From contig CAVGMD010000001.1 in assembly GCA_963630275.1 (NCBI GenBank), positions 3,268 through 67,267 of the forward strand: a stretch of DNA of 64,000 nt. The letters are read 5' to 3'. The first letter of the stretch is position 1. Each line of letters begins with the position of its first letter. Source of the stretch: Bacteroidaceae bacterium (GTDB lineage Bacteria; Bacillota; Clostridia; Lachnospirales; Lachnospiraceae). Below the pieces are notes generated by a model. It saw only the letters and a list, made by a program, of their open reading frames with translations, searched no databases and was not told the DNA's origin. Position numbers and translations under genes: made by a program. Below are positions 56,416-64,000 of this stretch, one piece after another.

Positions 56416-57363
56416 TTACTTATCCTGTTTGTCGCTTCCCAGAATCTCTCCCGGCTGTACCTTCACACCTAACAGGAAATCATGGGCCGTCATACGCTTT
56501 TTGCCTTCCAGCTGCAATTCCATGACCTTCAGGGTGCCTTCCGACGCTGCTACCTCAAAAGAGTCCTTACTTACCGTAAGAATCGTTCCCGGGGCTGCTT
56601 TGTGTGCCGTCGCCATGGGAATCGCCTTCCAGATCTTTAACTGTTTTCCATGATAAAAAGTATAGGCGCTGGGCCAGGGAGTCAGCCCTCTGATCAGTCT
56701 GTCCAGTTCAACTGCCGTCTTCGTAAAATCCAGTCTGCCCATTTCTTTGGTGATCAGTGCCGCATAGCAAGTCTTCGCATCGTCCTGCTTTTCCGGAGTC
56801 AGTTTCCCGGCTTCCAACAGAGGCAGTGCCTCGGTGATTGCTTCACCGCCAAGTACCATCAGCTTGTCGTGCAGAGTCTCAAAAGTGTCCTCCGCAGTAA
56901 TGGGAAGCTTCTTCTGATACAGCATATCACCGGTATCCAGTCCTGCATTCATCTGCATGATGGTCACACCGGTCTCGGTCTCTCCGTCAATGATCACTCT
57001 CTGGATTGGAGATGCACCACGGTATTTCGGGAGCAGAGATGCATGGATATTAAGGCATCCGTACTTCGGCAGATCCAGGATCTCCTGAGACAGAATCTGT
57101 CCGAAAGCTGCCACGATATAGACATCCGCGGGATATTTTTTCAATTCTTCAATAGCCTCCGGTGTCTTGATCCGGCGGGGCTGGAATACGGGAATGCCGT
57201 GTTTAACGGCACATTCTTTCACCGGCGGGAACTGTAACTGTCCGCTTCTTCCCTTCGCCTTGTCCGGCTGGGTCACCACTGCGATGATCTCATGTCCCTG
57301 TGCGATCAAAGCTTCCAGGGCTCCCACTGCAAAATCAGGGGTTCCCATAAATACGATCTGCAT
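56416..57363 (-). CDS. fmt: Methionyl-tRNA formyltransferase
   Basis: It has FMGTPDFA, NIHASLLPKYRGA.PIQ, and a C-terminal OB-like domain. Confidence 0.95.
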   Translation of the reverse strand: MQIVFMGTPDFAVGALEALIAQGHEIIAVVTQPDKAKGRSGQLQFPPVKECAVKHGIPVFQPRRIKTPEAIEELKKYPADVYIVAAFGQILSQEILDLPKYGCLNIHASLLPKYRGASPIQRVIIDGETETGVTIMQMNAGLDTGDMLYQKKLPITAEDTFETLHDKLMVLGGEAITEALPLLEAGKLTPEKQDDAKTCYAALITKEMGRLDFTKTAVELDRLIRGLTPWPSAYTFYHGKQLKIWKAIPMATAHKAAPGTILTVSKDSFEVAASEGTLKVMELQLEGKKRMTAHDFLLGVKVQPGEILGSDKQDK

Positions 57364-57385
57364 AGCTTATCTCCTTCCCGGAAGC

Positions 57386-57868
57386 TTATTCTTCTTCCTC
57401 GTCCTCATAGGTCATGTCCTGCAGAGGGCCTTCCGCCTTCTCCACATAGAGATGACCGTCTAAGTGATCCAGTTCGTGGCAGATGGCTCTTGCCAACAGT
57501 TCCGTGCCCTCTACCTCGATGGGCTTCATGTTCACATCCAGAGCTACTGCTTTCACATAATTGGGTCTGGTCACGATACCGAACTTTCCGGGAACACTTA
57601 AGCACCCTTCCTGTCCGGTCTGCTCTCCGCTGCTCTCCACGATCCGGGGATTGATGAGAATGTACGGATCCTCTCCGGTGGTGTCGATCACCACGATTCT
57701 CTTAAGTATGCCCACCTGGGGAGCTGCCAGTCCCACGCCGTTGGCGTCATACATGGTCTCTAACATATCCTCGATCAGTTCCTTCGTCCGGGGAGTCATC
57801 TCCTTGACCTCCTTACAGGTCTTGGTCAGTACTTCATCTCCATATTCACGAATATTTCTGATTGCCAC
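57386..57868 (-). CDS. def: Peptide deformylase
   Basis: It has the motifs G.GLAAPQ, EGCLS.PG and HE.DHL. Confidence 0.95.
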   Translation of the reverse strand: MAIRNIREYGDEVLTKTCKEVKEMTPRTKELIEDMLETMYDANGVGLAAPQVGILKRIVVIDTTGEDPYILINPRIVESSGEQTGQEGCLSVPGKFGIVTRPNYVKAVALDVNMKPIEVEGTELLARAICHELDHLDGHLYVEKAEGPLQDMTYEDEEEE

Positions 57869-57880
57869 AGTTATTACCTC

Positions 57881-60109
57881 CTATAAAACGTTTACCGGGT
57901 CAAAATCGAATTGTATACTCAGCTGTCTTGGCTGCCACTGTCGCAAAGTCTCCTCCACACAGTCTTTTACCGCCACCAGCGTATCGTACTCCGCATGCTT
58001 TACATAGAACACATACCGGTAAATATCGTTAATTTTGCTGATATGCGCCGGGGTCGGTCCCAGTATCTGCAAAAAGTCCATATTAGACTTTACCACATCT
58101 GTCAGCCCGAGGGCAAGCTGTTTTACATTTTCTTCCTCTTTGCCGTAGATCTGCACCGCCAGCATATGTGCCGCGGGCGGATATCCAGACAGTTCTCTGT
58201 ACAGGATCTCTTCCTCATAAAAACTCTTATAATCCTGGGCTGCCGCACAGGTAATGGCATAATGATCCGGTTGGTAAGTCTGGATCACCGCTTCTCCCGG
58301 AAGCATCCCTCTGCCAGCTCTGCCCACCGCCTGGGTCAGCAGCTGGAAGGTCCGCTCCCCGGCACGGTAGTCCGAAGCATTTAAGGACAGATCTGCCGCC
58401 AGGATTCCCACCAGGGTCACCTTCGGGAAGTCATGTCCTTTCACGATCATCTGGGTGCCAATCAGCACATCCGCATCACCGTTTGCAAAAGCGGATAATA
58501 TTTTCTCATAACTGTCCTTCGTCCGGGTGGTATCCGCATCCATGCGCAGTGTCCGCACCCTGGGATACAATTCTTTCAATTTCTCTTCGATCTGCTGGGT
58601 ACCCGCTTTGAATCCCAGAATATATTTTGATCCGCATTTGGGGCACAGCTTTGGCATGGGCTGTGTATAGCCGCAGTAATGGCAAATCAGCCTTCCCCCC
58701 TTATGTTCCGACAGAGAGACATCACAGTGGGGGCATTTCATGACTTCACCACAGGCACGGCAGGATACGAATCCCGCATAGCCTCTGCGGTTTAAAAACA
58801 GGATGGTCTGCTGCCCCTTACTTAACCGGTCTGTCATCAGTTCCTGCAATTTCCTGCTGAAAATAGAGCGGTTGCCCTCCTTAAGCTCCTGCCTGAGATC
58901 CACCGTGTGTACCACCGGCAGTTCTCCTCCGGTCAGCCGCTTCGTCAAATGGAACAGCCGGTATTCTCCCTTTTCGGCACGGTAGTACGCCTCTAAGGAA
59001 GGGGTCGCCGATCCCAGTACTACGCTGGCTCCGTACAGCTTCGCCACTTCCATGGCAGTCTCTCTGGCATGGTATTTGGGAGTGCTCTCACTTTTATAGC
59101 TGTTCTCCTGTTCCTCATCCATGACGATCAGCCCCAAATTAGGAAATGGGGTAAAAAGTGCGGATCTCGGTCCTATGATCACATCGATCTCGCCTGCTTT
59201 TGCCCGCTCACACTGATCGTATTTTTCCCCGGGAGACAGTGTGGAATTCATCACGCTGACCCGGTCACCGAATCTCTGATAGAATCGTAACAGTGTCTGG
59301 TAGGTCAGGGCGATCTCCGGGATCAGCACGATCGCCTGCCGCCCTCTTTTTATCATCTCGCCGATCAGCTGCATGTATACTTCCGTCTTGCCGCTGCCGG
59401 TGATGCCGTGGATCAGATAGGTCTGCTTTTTCCCGGCATCGAAATCCGCAAGGACTTCTGTTACGATATACTGCTGTTCCTCACTTAAGGTATTGCGCTT
59501 TGCCTCCACAGATTGCATTTTGACCGGATTGCGGTAGCTTTCGGTACTGACTAATTTTGCCGCGCCCACTTTTACGATGCTGTTCACCGTAGTAGCGCTG
59601 ACCCCCAGTTTCCCGGTGATCCATTCATAAGGAATGCTCTCCTGCTCTGACAGGGCTTTTAACAGTCTTGCCTTCGCCACCTGTTTGTTCCGCTCGCATT
59701 CTCCTAAGAGTGACAGAATCTCCTCTCTGTTCATCAAGCGCACCAGTTGTCTGTGCTCCAGTTTTTTCACGGTCTGCTTCGCCGGCAGCACCGTCTTCAG
59801 TGCCTGGATCATGGTACATCCGTAGTTGCGGCGGATCCACGCTGCCAGCGCAATCATTTTATCTTCCACACCGGTCTCTTTTTCGGGAAGTCCTGCGATC
59901 TCCTTGATCTTCTCCGGAGCGAACTGGCACTTATCTCCTATGCCGACCACGTAACCCTTGATCAGGCGGTTGCCGTTGCCGAACGGAATCATGACGCAGG
60001 CTCCGGGCTCCAGCTGTTCTGCCAGTCTCTCCGGTATCCGGTACTGAAATGTTTTATCCAGTTTTTCATGAGAGATATCTACAATGATATCCGCATATAA
60101 CGTACTCAA
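57881..60109 (-). CDS. priA: Primosomal replication-restart helicase PriA
   Basis: 742 aa. It has Walker A GITGSGKTEVY, DEEQ, and the Cys-rich zinc insert C..C......CP.C...L..H......C.YCG.....P..CP.CG. Confidence 0.95.
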   Translation of the reverse strand: MSTLYADIIVDISHEKLDKTFQYRIPERLAEQLEPGACVMIPFGNGNRLIKGYVVGIGDKCQFAPEKIKEIAGLPEKETGVEDKMIALAAWIRRNYGCTMIQALKTVLPAKQTVKKLEHRQLVRLMNREEILSLLGECERNKQVAKARLLKALSEQESIPYEWITGKLGVSATTVNSIVKVGAAKLVSTESYRNPVKMQSVEAKRNTLSEEQQYIVTEVLADFDAGKKQTYLIHGITGSGKTEVYMQLIGEMIKRGRQAIVLIPEIALTYQTLLRFYQRFGDRVSVMNSTLSPGEKYDQCERAKAGEIDVIIGPRSALFTPFPNLGLIVMDEEQENSYKSESTPKYHARETAMEVAKLYGASVVLGSATPSLEAYYRAEKGEYRLFHLTKRLTGGELPVVHTVDLRQELKEGNRSIFSRKLQELMTDRLSKGQQTILFLNRRGYAGFVSCRACGEVMKCPHCDVSLSEHKGGRLICHYCGYTQPMPKLCPKCGSKYILGFKAGTQQIEEKLKELYPRVRTLRMDADTTRTKDSYEKILSAFANGDADVLIGTQMIVKGHDFPKVTLVGILAADLSLNASDYRAGERTFQLLTQAVGRAGRGMLPGEAVIQTYQPDHYAITCAAAQDYKSFYEEEILYRELSGYPPAAHMLAVQIYGKEEENVKQLALGLTDVVKSNMDFLQILGPTPAHISKINDIYRYVFYVKHAEYDTLVAVKDCVEETLRQWQPRQLSIQFDFDPVNVL

Positions 60110-60139
60110 TCTGTTGTCCTCATGATTTTATTTTCCTGT

Positions 60140-61639
60140 TTATTTTACAGCCGATCCCGGGATGTGTCCCTCCGCTAAAATGTCCCGGATCAGGTCACGC
60201 TCATCCATGGGGTGCTTCACACCTTTGATCTCCTGGTAGTCTTCGTGTCCTTTTCCCGCCAGCACAATAATATCGCCGGGTTCTCCGTGTTCGATGGCAT
60301 AAGTGATGGCTTCCTTGCGATCGCAGATCTCCACATATTTGCCGTCCGTCTTCGCCATACCGGTCTTGATATCATTGATAATATCCTGGGGCTCCTCGAA
60401 CCGGGGATTGTCAGAAGTAATAATGGTCAGATCCGCCAGTCTGCCGCTGACCTCTCCCATCTCGAAACGGCGCTGTCTGGAGCGGTTGCCGCCGCAGCCG
60501 AACAGGCTGACCAGTCTGTGGGGTTCATACTCCCGCAGGGTGGTTAACAGGCTTTCCAGTGCCATGGCATTGTGGGCATAGTCGATCAGCAGCGTAAATT
60601 TGTCAGAGACTTTGATCATCTCGATACGACCCTTTACTTTTGCCTGTAACAGTGCCTTTTTGATATTTTCCTCATCCACCTTAAAATGACGGCAGATGGC
60701 GATGGCTGCCAGGGCATTGTACACGCTGAATTTACCGGGCATGGGTACTTCCACAGCAAAGTTCATCAGACCGCTCACATGGAAGGTCACGCCCAGTTCT
60801 CCGGGCTTATGCACCAGCTGCCTGTCTTCGGCACGTAACATGCAGCCCTCACCCATTCCGAAGCTCTCTAGTTCGCAGGTATGTCCTTCCGTCACCGCCT
60901 CCCAGTGAGCATCGTCACCGTTGACAATTCCCACCTTGCACTGTTTGAACAACAATCCCTTGCAGTGCAGATATTCTTCAAAGCTGGCATGCTCATTCGG
61001 GCCGATATGATCCGGTTCCAGATTCGTGAAAATGCCGTAATCGAAGATAAAGCCCTGGGTGCGGTGCAGCATCAGCGCCTGGGAAGATACTTCCATGACC
61101 ACCGTATCCAGTCCGGCATCCACCATGCGGGCAAAATACTCCTGTAACAGGTAGGATTCCGGTGTGGTATTGTTGGCATGAATATGTTCGTCTCCGATGA
61201 TCACCTCGATAGTTCCCACCAGTCCCACTTTATATCCGGCATTCTCCAGAATGGATTTCACCAGATAGGTGGTCGTGGTTTTGCCCTTGGTTCCCGTGAT
61301 ACCGATGACTTTCAGTTTCTCCGCCGGATGATCGAACCATGCCGCGGAGATAAATGCCATGGCATAACGGGTATCCGCTACTTTAATCACGGTCACATCC
61401 GCATCCGCCGGAAGCTCTACGTCCTTTTGTACTACCAGCACTCCGGCGCCCTGTGCAGCCACCTGTGCTGCGAAATCATGTCCGTCAAAATTAGCTCCGG
61501 TAATACAAATAAACAGACAGCCCGGAACGACCTTGCGGGAATCATAGACCACTGCCGTGATCTCCCGCTCCAAAGTTCCCCGTACCGATTCGTATTCCAG
61601 TTTATCCAAAAGTGTTTTTAATGTTCTGCTCTTTTCCAT
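60140..61639 (-). CDS. murE: UDP-N-acetylmuramoyl-L-alanyl-D-glutamate--2,6-diaminopimelate ligase
   Basis: It has GITGTKGKTTT, DYAH and the DNPR motif (TSDNPRFE), which is associated with meso-DAP specificity. Confidence 0.93.
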   Translation of the reverse strand: MEKSRTLKTLLDKLEYESVRGTLEREITAVVYDSRKVVPGCLFICITGANFDGHDFAAQVAAQGAGVLVVQKDVELPADADVTVIKVADTRYAMAFISAAWFDHPAEKLKVIGITGTKGKTTTTYLVKSILENAGYKVGLVGTIEVIIGDEHIHANNTTPESYLLQEYFARMVDAGLDTVVMEVSSQALMLHRTQGFIFDYGIFTNLEPDHIGPNEHASFEEYLHCKGLLFKQCKVGIVNGDDAHWEAVTEGHTCELESFGMGEGCMLRAEDRQLVHKPGELGVTFHVSGLMNFAVEVPMPGKFSVYNALAAIAICRHFKVDEENIKKALLQAKVKGRIEMIKVSDKFTLLIDYAHNAMALESLLTTLREYEPHRLVSLFGCGGNRSRQRRFEMGEVSGRLADLTIITSDNPRFEEPQDIINDIKTGMAKTDGKYVEICDRKEAITYAIEHGEPGDIIVLAGKGHEDYQEIKGVKHPMDERDLIRDILAEGHIPGSAVK

Positions 61640-61795
61640 AAAGGTATCCGCCTTTCCCGAAAAAATCTTGTTGCATTTTTCTTTTTATTTTACTCTTTTT
61701 TCTGTAAATGTACCACCCTTAAATTTCGTTACACCTTTTGCTCTTCTCAAAGGAATGTTATAATAAGGTATCTTTTGATTATAAGGGGGATTCTT

Positions 61796-63946
61796 ATGAA
61801 CGGCTTTTACGGATCCGTATGCGGAAATATTATCGGTACACTTTATTTTCTTCTATTCCAATGCGCGGGGTTTCTGTATGTCCGGCGTCTGTTTCCGCGA
61901 AAAAGTTTTGCGTTCCGGCTGCTTTTGGGCAGTGTCCTAGGATCCGTCCTGTTGCAGTGGGTTCCCGCATTGTTTGCCTTTTTCTTCGGATTTTCCCTGA
62001 CGGCGCATGTGGCGGCGCTTATTTTTGTGGCAGCCAGTCTCCTGCTTCTCCATATCTTATATCATCCTGCCCTGTCAGCTTCCTCTCCGGTTCCGCATAA
62101 GGATTGCCGGCAGCTGTTTCGTGAAAATTATGCTTTTCTGTTGCTGGCAGGTATTACATTTGTATTATTTTGTATTTTGCTGTCCACCCACACCATCCTG
62201 CCAAAAGAAGACGGGCTTCATGTAGGGCAGTCTACTTACGGAGATCTGCAGCTGCACCTTGGGATCATCACCAGTCTTGCCGTTCAACAGATTTTCCCGC
62301 CTTACTACTCGATCTCTCCCCAAAGCAGGCTGTGCTATCCGTTTCTGTGCGACAGTATTTCTTCCAGCATCTATCTGTTCGGAGCATCGCTGCGTTATGC
62401 TTATATGCTTCCCATGTATTTTGCTTTTTTACAGGTGCTTGCGGGATTCTATGCCATCGCAGACATCTTTCTTCGCGACCGTGCCAAAGCACTGGCCGCC
62501 TGGGTTCTGTTCTTCTATAACGGCGGATTGGGATTTCTCTATTTTATTGACTGGAGCAGCGAAGGTGGTTACCGGATTCGTGATATTTTTACCGGCTATT
62601 ACACCACTCCCACCAACCTGATCAACCGAAATATCCGCTGGGTCAATGTCATCGTGGATATGTTGCTGCCACAACGTGCCACCCTGTTTGGTTACGCGGT
62701 TCTGTTCTGCGCTCTGTGGTTATTGCTTCGAGCCATCCGGAATGGAGAACGGGACTTATATCTCCCGGCAGGCATTCTCGCCGGAGCACTGCCCATGATT
62801 CACACGCATTCCTTCGTCGCCATTGTAATTTTAAGTGCCTGCTGGATGCTGCTTCGGCTCTGCCGCACCATCCCTCATGTTTCCGCATCCGGGCAGACAC
62901 AACCGGGAGCTATTCTTCTGGCTGTCTTTACGCTCTGTATGCTCCTTTTGGAGATTCTGAACAAAAGCGCTGCTGTCACCGCACCTGCATTACTTTTTCG
63001 TTTTGGAATTGTCGTTGCCGCAATGCTGGTTCTGTATGGATTGTCCCTGTTCTATCGATGCTTTTTTCAGGAAAAAACAGGCAGCTATACTCTGCGGGAT
63101 TTCCTAACTACCTGGGGAATTTTCTTCGCTGTCGTCCTGCTGCTTGCGGTTCCGCAGCTGCTGGAATGGACTTTCCGACAGACCGCGCAGGGCAGCTTTT
63201 TATCGGGACATTTTAACTGGGGCAATCAGGGAGATGAATATCTGTGGTTTTACCTGAAAAACTGGGGAGCGATCTTAGCTTTATTCGTTCCCGCAATGAT
63301 ACATTGCAAAAAAGAAGATTTCGATGTGATGACCGGGGCATTTCTGCTATGGTTTATAGCAGAGATCATTTCTTTTTCCCCGAACACTTATGACAATAAT
63401 AAATTTTTATATGCGACCTATGTATTCGTCTGCTGTCTCAGCGCCGGATACGGCATAGACCTGCTGCGCTCTCTGAAAAAACGTTCCGCGCGCGTCCTGT
63501 GTCTGATCAGCATGGTGCTTCTGTGTACCGTCTCCGCCATACTGTCACTTGGCAGAGAACTGATATCCGACTACACTGGATACTCTGATGCCCAGGTGGA
63601 AGCTGCCGCATTCGTAGAAGAAAATACCCCTGCCGCCTCCTGCTTTTTAACCAATGGCAGACATGTCAATGAGATCTCCGCCCTGGCAGGACGAAATGTA
63701 GTCAACGGTGCCGGAACCTTTTTAGCATTCCATGGTCTCTATCATCCGGAAAATCTTGCGGACTTCAAAAGCATTTACGAGGATCCTTTAAACGCGGCTC
63801 CCCTGCTTATAAATTACGGGATTGATTATATCGAGGTATCCTCCTGGGAACGGGCGGATTATGCCGTGGACGAGACAGCTCTTTCCTCTCTGTATCCCTG
63901 CATCTTCGACAACGGCGAGATTCAGATCTATCAGGTCACTCGGTAA
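61796..63946 (+). CDS. Large polytopic membrane protein with a C-terminal soluble domain (possible GT-C-type glycosyltransferase)
   Basis: About 716 aa, with 12 or more predicted TM helices followed by a roughly 150-aa hydrophilic C-terminal domain. The architecture resembles ArnT/PMT/YfhO-type lipid-linked sugar transferases, but I recognise no diagnostic motif. I prefer the ATG at 61796 (AAGGGGGA RBS). The track TTG is at 61775. Confidence 0.45.
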   Translation: MNGFYGSVCGNIIGTLYFLLFQCAGFLYVRRLFPRKSFAFRLLLGSVLGSVLLQWVPALFAFFFGFSLTAHVAALIFVAASLLLLHILYHPALSASSPVPHKDCRQLFRENYAFLLLAGITFVLFCILLSTHTILPKEDGLHVGQSTYGDLQLHLGIITSLAVQQIFPPYYSISPQSRLCYPFLCDSISSSIYLFGASLRYAYMLPMYFAFLQVLAGFYAIADIFLRDRAKALAAWVLFFYNGGLGFLYFIDWSSEGGYRIRDIFTGYYTTPTNLINRNIRWVNVIVDMLLPQRATLFGYAVLFCALWLLLRAIRNGERDLYLPAGILAGALPMIHTHSFVAIVILSACWMLLRLCRTIPHVSASGQTQPGAILLAVFTLCMLLLEILNKSAAVTAPALLFRFGIVVAAMLVLYGLSLFYRCFFQEKTGSYTLRDFLTTWGIFFAVVLLLAVPQLLEWTFRQTAQGSFLSGHFNWGNQGDEYLWFYLKNWGAILALFVPAMIHCKKEDFDVMTGAFLLWFIAEIISFSPNTYDNNKFLYATYVFVCCLSAGYGIDLLRSLKKRSARVLCLISMVLLCTVSAILSLGRELISDYTGYSDAQVEAAAFVEENTPAASCFLTNGRHVNEISALAGRNVVNGAGTFLAFHGLYHPENLADFKSIYEDPLNAAPLLINYGIDYIEVSSWERADYAVDETALSSLYPCIFDNGEIQIYQVTR

Positions 63947-64000
63947 CTTCGCACTCCGCTGTGGGAAATTCTGCCGTATCGCATTCCCAGGGCTTACCGA

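Noticed and set aside
1-64000. A search of all intergenic gaps over 100 bp for tRNA, rRNA, riboswitch, T-box, group II intron or retron-like structures. The gaps were 4150-4355, 12494-12679, 18131-18410, 21583-21825, 25085-25251, 28636-28779, 31423-31573, 41888-42171, 44203-44327, 45375-45481, 46748-46852 and 61640-61795.
   Set aside because: By eye I found no cloverleaf-compatible sequence, conserved riboswitch core or T-box specifier/antiterminator motif. Promoters, terminators and the repeats listed above account for the gaps. A covariance-model scan (Infernal/Rfam, tRNAscan-SE) would be the decisive check, and I could not run one.

Overview
This window is core chromosome of a spore-forming Firmicute. 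Gene content and order suggest class Clostridia, probably Lachnospiraceae, but that taxonomy is inferred and no search was run. I call about 60 protein-coding genes, tightly packed. All but five are on the minus strand, which fits co-orientation with replication. I found no rRNA, tRNA, CRISPR array, riboswitch or intact mobile element.

Reading the minus strand from right to left, the content is:
- murE, then priA-def-fmt-(Zn peptidase)-rsmB-rlmN-stp-prkC-rsgA.
- An xpaC-like/telA pair, an orphan MCP, an amidase lipoprotein, ychF and lgt.
- A shortened dcw cluster (mraZ-rsmH-ftsL-PBP-spoVD-like) joined directly to spoIIGA-sigE.
- A small accessory block (hypothetical, VanZ, decayed KAP NTPase), sigG on the opposite strand, then ylmC and nrdR.
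- nifS-nifU-mnmA, cls, gap-pgk-tpiA, an Rpn-family nuclease and an amidohydrolase.
- A zinc-ribbon/TPM membrane pair, rpsT (plus strand), gpr-spoIIP, lepA-hemW and sigK.
- An HD-domain/pilT operon, comM-dprA, ispG and the start of polC.

I did not find a clear, self-contained novel multi-gene system, and most of the window is ordinary housekeeping and sporulation DNA. The points most worth a second look are:
- sigK has no pro-sequence, no skin element, and a TTG start.
- sigG is inverted relative to spoIIGA-sigE and is bracketed by a 9-bp inverted repeat.
- A KAP NTPase remnant with several lesions sits between sigE and sigG.
- An orphan pilT is co-transcribed with a degenerate HD-GYP-like protein, next to comM-dprA.
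- A YdjG/YdjH-like pair occurs without pspA or ydjI.
- Four CACTT boxes at exact 10-bp phasing lie in front of mraZ.
- The spoIIGA promoter candidate has a 21-bp spacer.
- A terminator hairpin upstream of the spoVD-like gene contains that gene's Shine-Dalgarno sequence.

All family assignments come from reading the translated ORFs by eye. No database search was run.
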